A stretch of 29,836 nt of DNA, taken from the NCBI GenBank assembly GCA_030141605.1, contig JAQGDQ010001680.1, positions 1-29,836 of the forward strand, written 5' to 3'. A model generated the notes under the pieces. It was given only the letters and a program-made list of their open reading frames with translations. It did no database searches and was not told the origin of the DNA. The position numbers were made by a program, and so were the translations under genes. Each line of letters starts with the position of its first letter. Within the stretch, counting starts at the first letter, position 1. This DNA comes from Tubiluchus corallicola (lineage: Eukaryota > Animalia > Priapulida). Positions 13,791-25,852 of this stretch are shown here, in pieces.

Positions 13791-14042
13791 GTAAACTTCA
13801 ATCTTTCTTTGGCAAATTGCTTTTACAAGGTAGTATTTGCATTTGCTTAATGTCCAAGGCCTACCTAGCAGTGCAAACACCTTAGCATTTCACATAAAGC
13901 AGCAGGTACACTTTAGCACATACTCTAAAGCCTAAAGTAATACAGTGTAAAGTGAATTTTCCACTGTTGTTAATCGACCTAAATTATAACAGATTTACCT
14001 GAATGCTGCGTTTCAATTAGCCTGTAAATTTATGGTTTAAAA

Positions 14043-15461
14043 ATGGCTGGAAATTTCTATAGATACGCAATATTATTTGGTCTAACTGCTAGTGCTGTGA
14101 TTTTTACAAGTGCATTGCTGTTTTCGCAAAGAACTTTGCCAGAAGATGTTATAATTGATGAGCTGAAAGGACCACTAGATGACATAATAGACGATATAAT
14201 TTATGGTGAAGGTAAACACGAATCCTACAACAGAATGGCAGCATTTGTGGACAAGTTTGGAAACAGATTATCTGGAACAGAAAATCTTGAAAAGGCGATC
14301 GATTTCATGCTAGAAGAGTTACGTGATGAAGGTTTTGATAATGTACATGGAGAAAGAGTGTGGGTACCATACTGGGTCAGAGGAGAAGAGAGTTTAACCA
14401 TGTTGTTCCCAAGAAGAAAAAGGCTGGCTCTTTTGGGGTTGGGCACCAGCATTGGTACTCCTACGCTTGGTATAACAGCCAAAGTTCTTGTTGTCAAATC
14501 TTTTAATGAACTACATGATAGAGCAGAGGAAGCCAAAGGGAAAATAGTGGTCTATAACGTGCCGTACACGGGATATGGTGCCACAGTGCAATACAGAAAA
14601 CATGGTGCTGCGGAGGCTGCAAAAGTTGGAGGTGTGGCATCCCTCATACGCTCAGTGACACCTTTCTCAATTTACAGTCCACACACCGGTGCACAAACGT
14701 ATCAAGAAGGTGTTGATAGAATTCCAAGTGCCTGCATAACCATAGAGGACGCTGAGCTACTTCAACGCATGTCCGACAGGGGGCAGCAGGTAGTGCTTAA
14801 ACTGCAAATGGCTGCGGAAGATCGCGAGCCGAAGATGTCGCGAAACACCGTCGCAGAAATTACCGGTTATAAATATCCAGAACAAGTGGTTCTAGTATCA
14901 GGTCACATGGACAGTTGGGACGTTGGTCAAGGTGCCATGGATGATATGGGTGGAGCGATGATTGCAAGAGAAGTTTTGACAGTTGTTAAGAGACTTGGTC
15001 TACGACCCAAAAGAACCATCCGTCTAGTTATGTGGACTGGTGAGGAACAGGGTGTTTATGGGGGTCTTCAGTACTTCAACAGACACAAGAAAAACATTTC
15101 TAACTTTAGTCTTGTGATGGAATCAGACGAGGGAACGTTTCAACCAAACGGCATCGACTTTACCGGACGCAAACAAGCCAGAAGTATCATCAAGAAAATG
15201 GCGTCTGTTCTGAAACGATTAAAAGTGAAAAAACTGGGTTCCAGTTTCAGCGGCCCGGACGTTGACGTGTGGACGAAACACGGTGTCCCGGGGATTTCTC
15301 TGAGCTTCGACAAGGAGACAAATGATCGTTATTTCACATTTCATCACTCAGATGGCGACACTGTGACCGTACAAGATGCAGACTCAATGGATGTGTGCGC
15401 TGCAGTTTTCAGTGTAATAGCTTATGGGGTTGCTAGCTTAGACGAAATCTTACCTCGATGA
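14043..15461 (+). CDS. CPQ: carboxypeptidase Q (plasma glutamate carboxypeptidase-like), peptidase family M28 with PA domain
   Basis: 472-aa uninterrupted ORF with an N-terminal hydrophobic signal or anchor. Motifs FVDKFGNRLSG, PA-domain GKIVVYN, SIYSPHTG, metal-binding/catalytic SGHMDSWDVGQGAMDD, WTGEEQG, MESDEG, FHHSDGDT; C-terminal ILPR. AATAAA at 15550-15555. Confidence 0.95.
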   Translation: MAGNFYRYAILFGLTASAVIFTSALLFSQRTLPEDVIIDELKGPLDDIIDDIIYGEGKHESYNRMAAFVDKFGNRLSGTENLEKAIDFMLEELRDEGFDNVHGERVWVPYWVRGEESLTMLFPRRKRLALLGLGTSIGTPTLGITAKVLVVKSFNELHDRAEEAKGKIVVYNVPYTGYGATVQYRKHGAAEAAKVGGVASLIRSVTPFSIYSPHTGAQTYQEGVDRIPSACITIEDAELLQRMSDRGQQVVLKLQMAAEDREPKMSRNTVAEITGYKYPEQVVLVSGHMDSWDVGQGAMDDMGGAMIAREVLTVVKRLGLRPKRTIRLVMWTGEEQGVYGGLQYFNRHKKNISNFSLVMESDEGTFQPNGIDFTGRKQARSIIKKMASVLKRLKVKKLGSSFSGPDVDVWTKHGVPGISLSFDKETNDRYFTFHHSDGDTVTVQDADSMDVCAAVFSVIAYGVASLDEILPR

Positions 15462-16759
15462 TCCATGTCGCGAATACAACACCCTGTCAATGCTCTCTAA
15501 AGTTATTTAACTAATATAAAGATCAAAGATGAAAAGCAGTTTGATGTTAAATAAACTGTTTTTATAAGACATCTTAGTTTTTTTTAGTAGTACAACGGAA
15601 GAAACCCTAAAGCATAGTGACATCACGAAACTTGTGGGCAATTTTCGAATGTCCCTCAAAAGTTATTGATGATTTGTTCAGCGTTAGTGATGATTGCCGA
15701 ATACTGACACAAACGTATGTCACCCAAGGCCAAGGCTGGCTGTACGGTCCGGTGCGAAAAAATACCGTACTTTGTACCTTTGAAAGATTCCGTGCCGTAC
15801 CTGCAATGTACTGTATTAGTACGATAAAATATCGTACCGTAATTCCGTACCAAGTGCTTGTATGATCTACTACAGAAGTGGCATAAAAATTAATTGTAAA
15901 ACGATAAATTTGTCAATTCTTATTATGAATTTATGCACGATATAAAACAGATCTGCTGTCTGAACTTCCAAACTATTTCTTTTAGTTACAAAAACTATGT
16001 AAAACACGTTTGCTATACATATTATATACAAAGCAGTCTGATGATAATGATTATACCAAGCATAAATGACATTAAAAAACAACAGTTACTTGTTATTTAT
16101 TCTGGAGATGAAAAGTTACTGTTTTGCACAGATCGGCAAAGATGGGCATAAGCGTTTCTCATTAACGACATACATTTTGAATTGTTCTTGCTTCAACAGA
16201 ATCTGCATAGCTTGAGATGTGTAAGAAATTATTACACAATTGTTAGAAAAATAGCAGTTAAAACAACGGTGTTACGTGAATTGGCGTCAAGTTTTGGGAT
16301 TCAATCTGTAAACGAATAAACGTAATTTACGGTAAATAACTGGCCCTTCTAAGCAACTTGTAGCTTTTGCAATCAAAAGGAACCAATTTAGCGATTTTCT
16401 TTGCGCGTGGTCTGTGTTAATTGGAGGAGAACAATAAGTTTCACCCCCACGAGGAAGCAGAATTCATTTACCCCATATTAAACGACTTAATTTTGCTGAT
16501 AGTCAGTTTGTAAAATACGTAAAATATGTAAAATTCAAGTTTAAAGTTATATTTTATTTTTGCACCTGTAATTTGGATTTTCCACTGACACATTTGCCAT
16601 CAACAGCGAATGTTTTTTAACTATCACTGATTGAGTAAGTCATGGCAAATAAAGATGTGACTATACTGTACTATACACTAAGACGTTCCATTTTTTACTA
16701 TGTGCCGAACATACCCGGACAGACCCGAACATTACACACGTGCCAACTTGTCTACTCAC

Positions 16760-17030
16760 CAGAGATATTTCCAAATAAGATTTCCTCTATTCCCCCATGA
16801 ATAGCTGAACACAGAATGCAATCACAGTTTCTTAAGTCGACACAAGCAGCCGCCATTTCCGCTCAAACCTTTCTTGAATATGTTCCCACTCACAAGAATT
16901 CTTTCTTCACTTTTTTCCAGCAGTCGAGTTGATTGTTAGACGCCATGATTACAGGTTTCAACATAAAAAACATGCCGTCCTTCCTATAATTCTCCAGCAA
17001 TGTATAATCACAATTTCCTTTAGTGTTCAA
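16760..17030 (-). pseudogene. possible degraded Myb/SANT-like DNA-binding domain (Harbinger-associated type)
   Basis: Across frameshifts: LLENYRK...CWKKVKKEFL, then ERFERKWRLLVST, then IEEILFG followed by a GTGAGT donor. The Trp spacing resembles Myb/SANT-like domains. Confidence 0.25.
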
Positions 17031-17199
17031 AGTGTTAAACGCTGAACTTTCGTGCTTGAAAAAAAGCCTTTCAGATCTAATAATTGAACTAAAAAATGGC
17101 AATTGTTTCACAAACTTGATGAGTTTGCTTTCAGATATTTCTCTCTAAGTTCATTTTTCAATGGCTAAATCATTAGCGCCTTTTAGCTCCTTTTAATTA

Positions 17200-17733
17200 T
17201 AGGTTTTACACGTCAAATGTAGATACAGGAAAGTTCAAATGTGACTTAGGTAAGTCAAATGTAGACATAGGAATTTCGAATGTGTTTTGGTAACTCAAAT
17301 GTGACTTAGGTAAGTCAAATGTAGACATAGAAATTAGCTCTGCATTAATGAATTAGTTTCTCTCAAGAAACATTGTTTATTTTAAGAATGTATTGTTTTC
17401 TCTAACAGTACGAATGGTATATAAAGTTTGCAGAATATTAGTGAACCTATAACGTTGTTATTTTAACTTAAGAGCAATTATTAAATTGAAATTAAAGAAG
17501 ATTAAATTTAACATCCTTAAACTTTACCACCTATCCACATTTGAGATACCAATGTCACATTTCACTTGACATGTGTCTACATTTGACTTACCAAAAACGC
17601 TAAAAGATTTCTTGAAAACCATTGTTAACACATTTGAACTACCTAAGTCTACATTTGAGCTACCAAGACACATTTGAATTACCAAAATCTACATTTGAGT
17701 TAACGCAGGTCTACATTTGACATGTAAAACCTA
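17200..17733 (+). mobile_element. TA-flanked MITE, copy 1, with 20-bp subterminal repeats
   Basis: 24-bp TIRs TAGGTTTTACACGTCAAATGTAGA / TCTACATTTGACATGTAAAACCTA (1 mismatch), TA on both sides. TCAAATGT repeats on the left and ACATTTGA on the right. A second copy lies at 25146-25807. Confidence 0.88.
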
Positions 17734-18019
17734 TAGTAATTATAAGGAAATTAGTAATTATTTCATCTTATACCAAACGTCTGATATGAAAGTGTAGAAA
17801 CATCTGAATACCAGTGAACAATACATCACAGCACTATTCTTATATGACTAAATGATTAAGCGTTTTAATGCTTTAGCCTTTTCTTCTACGTAATAAGTCA
17901 CAAGACTCACTCTATTGCGTCGTAGATAAATCACACACAAAGCTAAGACTGTTCTGTTCTGCATTTCGACACCTCGCCGTTATAATCCTCTTTCATTTGT
18001 AGGTAGGCGATTTCAAATA

Positions 18020-18680
18020 TGTGTCATTAAATGATTACAACACAAAGGCGGACGATTGGCTTATTATACTTATCTCACGCTATTAAAATTTCGATTATGT
18101 GGTGTGAAAAACCGTCTCACCAACCATGAAGAACTAACTGTGTCCTACAACATGGTAAACTGGTTTTGCAAAAGTTGCAATCGAACAAGGAAAGAATCCA
18201 TCATAATGCGAATGAAAATTTCCAACAAAATCCTTAGGTTGTAATCCGTTTAATTACACTTTAATCAGTACGTTATCAGTACTTACTACAAGTTCATATA
18301 TTATTACTATAAGTTCGTTTAATTCTGTTGGCAGAAGCATGTCACAGCCATTAGGTCACGTATTCCTACATTCACAGCCTTTGCGAGTCTTCATACGCAC
18401 AAAAAGTGCAGCCAGAATCAGCTCCTTAAAAAATCTGGATTATCAACTGTCAAGAAACACAGTAGTAACTAGACATTCTGTCAACAGACATTCTGTCAAC
18501 AGACTCAACGTTCACAAACGTACGTCAGCTCATCTCTATTCTGACTGTTCGATTCACAAATATCCCTCCAATTAGACCTCTGTATTATACTGGGAACGCA
18601 GCGTCAGACATTCAAGACACGACCTTGTAACAAAGATGTTGCCAATCACAGTGGGATATAATTGTGTCAGGTGGCTTAGC
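18020..18680 (+). mobile_element. possible decayed 5' part of a CR1/L2-type LINE (PHD-like motif + start of APE endonuclease)
   Basis: LCGV...VNWFCKSC (PHD-finger C-terminal pattern) in ORF 18056..18244, and SLKIWIINCQ at ~18423-18453 (after a 1-nt shift) resembling an APE N-terminus. Heavily interrupted. Confidence 0.3.
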
Positions 18681-20867
18681 GTAAGAATAAGGAACTTCCT
18701 TTTACGATTGGTCTCCTCTTTACTATTCTTCACTAGGAATTGAAATGGTACATTTATGTAAAATTGAACAATATCAACTGTCATCTATCCTCAAGGGGCC
18801 ACTCATTTTAGATCAGGCAAAAACAATAATAAGTCTTTCCACGGTTTCGTTGTGCGCAAGCGCAGTTGCTGTAGGCCAAAGGTTAAGTATACCACAGCAA
18901 CGCGTCGTAACTACAACCGTCACGTGACATGTGAGTAAAGCAAAGCCGTCTGCCGCATGAGTTTAGTAACGTTGTTTTACGTGGGGTTTATTTCATTATG
19001 CATTAGTCTCTGCGTAGAGTGATTTACTAGCAGGATTTTACTTGGGAACAAGAAAAAATGAACTAAGTAAGGTTCTGGCTAGCTGTTAAAACTATTACTG
19101 TTACAATGGCTTGGGCTGCGAGGCGTTGTCAAGTGTACACAATTGCGTTGTCTACTACACTTAACCTTTGACCTTTTCACGATCTTCATCAATCGCTGGA
19201 ACTGTGAATAGGCTTATTCTACGACTGTCATTTCATTCCACTATATACTGTCATAATGAAATATGAAAAATATGAAACAGGGCACAAGAGGAGTTGCTTA
19301 ATCACATTTTTTCGTTATTGCTACCAAAATTATTAAAATTATTTGTAATTGTCGACATACAATTGTTTTGTACGTGTATCATGCGTAGAATTACATGAAT
19401 TCTGTATAGATGTTTACTAGTGTCAATTTGTTTAATCATAACCTGCTTTAAAATGCAGAAAAGCCCAACTTTAATGATTAATTTTTTCTTCTAATTTACA
19501 AACGAATAATGCAGTTCCTCTTTTCTTCCGATTTTTTCTAACAACTTCTGGAAAATACTCTTCAAAAACCGTTGCTTTTTCTTAATATTCGAGTCCAAAC
19601 TAAGGAACAAGTCAGAAAAGGCTAATTCTTACGTCATCATATCGTCATATCGTCATTACGTCAATGGTGGACATTGGGCAGGCAGAATTCCAAAATAAAG
19701 AAATCTGCCCTCAAGACAGGTAAACACAGCAGTAATCCAACAAAAAACTAGACACTCAGTTGTGCTGGAGGTTTTGTCAGCACCACTTCCGAGCTAATTC
19801 TTATGAACTCATTATGAGTGACGATAATCCAACATCTTCCAACGCGACTTGATCAAATAAAAATCTATTCTTTCGCCTGTTAACTTTACACATGATACAA
19901 AAATCAAAGCATCTGCTTAGTGCATCATGATAATCTATTAGAGTTTGTTAAAATTGAAATGATGGATAATAACTCAATTATTAACACAAAAATTACCACC
20001 ATGTAAGAGATAGAATCACATCACACAACGCTGACACGCAACCAGTTTGATAGATGAGTTTATACTAGACAACATCAGAAGAATTTAATTGAAATATTTG
20101 TCGCCTCTTGCTCATCCTTCCTCCTCCAGGGGTTAGAGGTCATAGAGGAGGAGTGGCTCTGCATCCTAGACATAAAAGAGCCATTGTCCGGGATACGAGG
20201 ATGCTGCGTATAAGAAATGAGGTAAGGTTTAATTTGAAATAGAAAAGCTCTTCAGGTGGGACGCCAAAATATTGTGATCGTAATTAAACCTGGGGTTCTA
20301 AATACACGTTCTGAGGGCTGCAGGATTTTTTTTCAACAGTAACGTCCTTTGCGAGTCTTACGATGTGGGCTAATCGAAAAAAATTCAAAAATGAACTGAA
20401 AAATACTATACTAGCCTTCAAAAAAAATTATGTGAAAAGATCAAACCGCACCTTATGTATTATCAACGTTCACCCAGAAGTCTGTAGTCAGTGGCAGATC
20501 AAAACTTTTCATACATTTATATCATGTCAACAAACTAAAACCCAAAAACTCAAGTCACAAAGACAAAACATCAATAAAGCATCCAATTTCAATTTCATAC
20601 GTTTAGTATTTTACAAAAAAACTATTTTGTAAATATAGTAAATGCGTTAAATTTTCCGAACTGCGTGAAATGAAATGTAAAGCTTATGTACTTATGTGAT
20701 TAATTACAGCCTCACTGGTGTTTTTAATTCAAATTCAGTTTATTGTATAACACTTTTGCTCACAGCAGTCGAAACACTGGTTATATTATCAACTTTTGAA
20801 TGTGTAGTTACCGCTCAATGATGTGTATTTTTTACCAATAAAGAATTTTAGTATTATTGTTGTAGTT

Positions 20868-20883
20868 ATAATAATAATAATAT

Positions 20884-20979
<96 letters not shown>

Positions 20980-21004
20980 TATTATTATTATTATTATTAT
21001 TATT
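20868..21004. repeat. (AAT)n followed by (ATT)9, a self-complementary microsatellite
   Basis: (AAT)n runs to ~20978, then ATT x9 at 20978-21004. Confidence 0.97.
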
Positions 21005-21376
<372 letters not shown>

Positions 21377-21393
21377 AATGTAATGAGGTAAGA

Positions 21394-22147
21394 CATGACG
21401 TACGGGAGGAAATCTCATAAGGGGGGGGGGGGGGCAGAAGGAATTTGCTCTGAAAATATTCTAACTTGCCATAGCCTATATCATTTCCAAATAAGGGCAA
21501 ACAGTATGGTACATATATAGTTTTACGTGACTGACAAAAGTGTCTAAAAACAAAACATTTATAGGCCAACTCAGGGCCAGATTTAGATGAAGAGAGGCGC
21601 TCAACTTGTGAGGTCCCATTCGCAACCCCCGACGTGTCAAACAGAGGCTGAGCATCGCCTATCCCCGACTCTCAAGACAAGAGAAAGATGAGAGTGTTTT
21701 TTAAACAAAAATTTAAGCCGAGGGTAATGGCAGGTGTTTAATAAAGAATCACAATTTACAACTCTTTCTAATCGGAATTCTCACTCCAAATGATGCAACA
21801 GCATTGTTAAATACTGCAGTGAACGCAGACATGTGTAAATTCAATGTTAAAACAAAGATTGTGAAAAACTTTTCGCAAAACTGAACTTTACTAATATTTT
21901 GATTTTACAAGCAGAAATTAGAAGAATTTTTTAGAAAAATGAAATTGTAAATTTACTTTTGCATTCCTTGAAGAAATGAGTTTACAGATTTTATTTTTTG
22001 TGCATTTTAAGCATTTTTTTTTAAAAAATTCAATATTAAATTTTGAAATTTTACCATACAATTATTTGCCCTGAAAATGTAAAATTTATTTTCTCTGGGA
22101 GGGCAACCGCCTCCCCCTGACCTCCCCCCCCGCCTTGTACGCCTATC
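21394..22147. mobile_element. old MITE-like element with G-run and C-run subtermini, possibly with a nested hAT-like end at 21572
   Basis: Left CATGACGTAC...G-run; right GGGAGGGCAACCGCCTCCCCCTG...C-run...GTACGCCTAT; CAGGGCCAGATTTAG at 21572. No clean TSD found. Confidence 0.3.
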
Positions 22148-22697
22148 AGGTTGGAAGAAGAAATGATGCCGTTTTTAACGACACCGATGAGAGCCAAAAA
22201 CAGAAATTCAGAACGGACGGTTAGGTCACTTTGAGGGACGTGGTAAAAATTTGCAAAAATCAACGCCTCCTCTGGAATTAACTCAAGTGGGTGTGTTTAA
22301 CCTTGAGAGGTCCTCACAGTTCTGCGGTAGTGTTGATAAGAGTATTCGTTTAATCTGTCAGAAGACTGTTATGTACGCCGTCTGTAATTACAAGTAATAA
22401 TAATATCCAAAATTCATATATATAAACCAGCAACTCTTTATACGGCTAATCCTTGCAAGATATATAGGTAAGATAAGTGTATAGGCTTACGAGTGTTTTC
22501 AGTGTTTTGAAGGCCAGATCATCAACGCCATCTTTTGCGTTCATCATATCCACGTCAATAATAACAATTTCGTGCAAAAAGTTTTTGAAATAGTGAAAAA
22601 CGGGTTTCTTGTCAATATGTTATTAGTTTACACGTGCGTTTGATATTGCGAATGGTTGAAATTTATCATGATCACGTGACTATAAACATACAGTGAA

Positions 22698-22987
22698 NNN
22701 NNNNNNNNNNNNNNNNNNNNNNNNNNNNNNNNNNNNNNNNNNNNNNNNNNNNNNNNNNNNNNNNNNNNNNNNNNNNNNNNNNNNNNNNNNNNNNNNNNNN
22801 NNNNNNNNNNNNNNNNNNNNNNNNNNNNNNNNNNNNNNNNNNNNNNNNNNNNNNNNNNNNNNNNNNNNNNNNNNNNNNNNNNNNNNNNNNNNNNNNNNNN
22901 NNNNNNNNNNNNNNNNNNNNNNNNNNNNNNNNNNNNNNNNNNNNNNNNNNNNNNNNNNNNNNNNNNNNNNNNNNNNNNNNNNNNNNN
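22698..22987. other. assembly gap (290 N)
   Basis: Run of N. Confidence 1.
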
Positions 22988-23694
22988 AACATTGACGTCA
23001 TCAGTTGCTGTTTGAAGATGCTGAATATGAAAAGTCAGTTTTTCTACCTTTAATGTAATCTAAATTGCAGAAACTTGCACAGTATTTGCAAAGTTGTAAT
23101 TTGTAGATTGCAAAATTGAATATTTTACTTTTGTAACAGCAAATTTCCACTAAGTTAGAACTCACAAAAATGTTGAAAGCAACGCTGAATGAACCCCAAA
23201 AATTTAAAATTCAGCGATGGAGCGATAGATGCAGCCGGAAAGTCGTTTGAAAAAAATTAGATAATATCGTGTAAAATTAGAACTCTCTCCACTAACTAAG
23301 CAAAAGTATAAATTACGGTATCTTATCAATGAGGTAAACAATCCATTTTGGTGAATCAATGATGCACACTGGGACGGTGATACAGTAACTTTTTACCAGG
23401 TGGCGCGAATACTTTGAATTATTAAAAATGTTCTTTTCCAGTTACTTAAATCTTTCGGACAGGTAAGCGTAATGCTAAGCAATATAACTTTCTGTGGAAA
23501 TTTTGTAGGAATATAGTTTAAAATTTTCTTTTCTTTTCCCTTTAATGCAACGCAAAGAACAAGAATAAACTTTTATTCACTCACCTTTACGTAGAGATGG
23601 ATAAGTTGTGAGAGGTGCCAAGAAACACATGAAAAAGAAAGAAAAATAAATCAGTTAATACAATCACTTTCATCGAACAATATTGCTATATCTA

Positions 23695-24258
23695 ACAGTT
23701 CAATGATAGTTTAATAGTTCAACAGTTCAACGTTCAACATATTCAACAGTTCAACGTTCAACATATTCAGCAATTCAACGTTCAACATATTCTAGAGTTC
23801 AACGTTCAACATATTCAAGAGTTCAGCGTTCAACATATTCAACAGTTCAACATATTCAACAGTTCAACGTTCAACATATTATAGAGTTCAACGTTCAACA
23901 TATTCAACAGTTCAACGTTCAACATATTCTAGAGTTCAACGTTCAACATATTCAACAGTTCAACATATTCTAGAGTTCAACGTTCAACATATTCTAGAGT
24001 TCAACGTTCAACATATTCAACAGTTCAACATATTCTAGAGTTCAACGTTCAACATATTCTAGAGTTCAACGTTCAACATATTCAACAGTTCAACGTTCAA
24101 CATATTCAACAATTCAACGTTCAACATATTCAACAGTTCAACGTTCAACATATTCTAGAGTTCAACGTTCAACATATTCAACAGTTCAACATATTCTAGA
24201 GTTCAACGTTTAACACATTCAACAGTTCAACGTTCAACATATTCAACAGTTCAACGTT
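23695..24258. repeat. minisatellite of 24-bp and 17-bp units built from TTCAAC
   Basis: Units AACAGTTCAACGTTCAACATATTC, TAGAGTTCAACGTTCAACATATTC and the short AACAGTTCAACATATTC are interspersed. Confidence 0.95.
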
Positions 24259-24823
24259 GTACGCATGCGCAGAAGTCTTTGTTATATCTAACAAAATTAA
24301 AATTAAGCGAATGCGTATTTATCATTGATTTATTGACATGAGATTATTCAAAGGTCAACAGCCCATTAACACTAGATTAAACCGCAAAACTTATACAAAT
24401 AAAACTTAAGTAAAGTAAACAAATAAACAAATAAACAAATAGTTCTGACGAATTTAGTGGTCGAACTTAAGTTCCAAAAAAAACGTTCAACTTAGTCGTC
24501 ATATTGCTTAGTAAAAAGAAGTAATTAATAAGTTTTTATAAGTTTGAGCGTAAGTTTAAATTTAAATTAAGTTTATTGCAATAAAAACATTACATTAATA
24601 CAAATAATACAGAATTTACATTGGTAAATATAAATAGAAATAAAAGAGAAATGAAATAAAATTTACATAAAAATACAGTTCTGCTAAATAAAAACCACAT
24701 CATTTTAACCATTATGGATGACCAGGAAGTTGCTAGATTTATAAAGCCAAATTCACTAAAATAAATAAAAAAAACGTTCGAATAATGAAAGTAAAAAATT
24801 GTCCAATAAAAGTTATTTAGTAT

Positions 24824-25852
24824 TATAAAAAAATTATAATATAATTCTCATTTTTATTCAAAACACGTGTGGGATTTACTTTTTTCACATCAGAAGACAA
24901 GTTGTTCCATAAAACTCCTGATAACCAATAAACTGTTTCATAAGATCAGTTCTTACTTTCAGTGTATATGATAGTCATTGAACTGCCTAGTATTGTACAT
25001 GTAAAGTGTTTTGCTTAGTGTAAATAAATTACTAAAAATATTAGGAAGCATACCATTAAAATGTTTGTGAATAAAACAGGTAACTTTCATACATACGATA
25101 TCATTAACTTTTAACATTTTAAGATGCTTAAATAGAATACTTGTGTAGGTTTTACACGTCATATGTAGACGCAGGAAAATTCGAATGTGTTTTGGTAACT
25201 CAAATGTGACTTAGGTAAGTCAAATGTAGACATAGGAATTTCGAATGTGTTTTGGTAACTCAAATGTGACTTAGGTAAGTCAAATGTAGACAGGAATTTC
25301 GAATGTGTTTTGGTAACTCAAATGTGACTTAGGTAAGTCAAATGTAGACATAGGAATTTCGAATGTGTTTTGGTAACTCAAATGTGACTTAGGTAAGTCA
25401 AATGTAGACATAGGAATTTCGAATGTGTTTTGGTAACTCAAATGTGACTTAGGTAAGTCAAGTGTAGACATAGGAATTTCGAATGTGTTTTGGTAACTCA
25501 AATGTGACTTAGTAAGTCAAATGTAGACATGGGAATTTCTAATGTGTTTTGGTAACTCAAATGTGACTTAGGTAAGTCAAATGTTGACATAGGAATTTCG
25601 AATGTGTTTTGGTAACTCAAATGTGACTGTCACATTTGACTTGACATGTGTCTACATTTGACTTACCAAAAACGCTTAAGATTTCTTGAAAACCATCGTT
25701 AACACATTTGAACTACCTAAGTCTACATTTGAGTTACCAAGACACATTTGAATTACGTAAATCTACATTTGAGTTAACGCAGGTCTACATTTGACATATA
25801 AAACCTATATAAGTTCTGTAATTCGAATGAATAATAATTCTAATACAGCTAA
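24824..25852 (-). mobile_element. 5'-truncated CR1/L2-type LINE 3' remnant, interrupted by a MITE
   Basis: Minus strand: SCIRIIIHSNYRTY | TSILFKHLKMLKVNDI...NGMLPNIFSNLF...YNTRQ..., then GVLWNNLSSDVKK after a stop and frameshift. These are typical ORF2 C-terminal motifs. Confidence 0.75.
25146..25807 (+). mobile_element. TA-flanked MITE, copy 2, with internal 60-bp tandem array
   Basis: Same termini as 17200-17733 (TAGGTTTTACACGTCA...TGACATATAAAACCTA). About 7.5 copies of CAAATGTGACTTAGGTAAGTCAAATGTAGACATAGGAATTTCGAATGTGTTTTGGTAACT at 25181-25627. The central spacer is deleted. Confidence 0.9.

Noticed and set aside
14225-14536. 103-aa antisense ORF inside CPQ
   Set aside because: Shadow of the coding strand with no recognisable motif.
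20755-20845. GCAGTCGAAACACTGG...AATAAA resembling the 3' half of a Penelope-type hammerhead
   Set aside because: No CUGANGA core upstream; at best a truncated fragment.
22672-23001. ORFs spanning the N run
   Set aside because: Assembly-gap artefacts.
23695-24258. CRISPR-like appearance of the TTCAAC array (also the 25-, 60- and 84-bp arrays)
   Set aside because: No unique spacers, no cas genes, eukaryotic context; these are plain tandem repeats.
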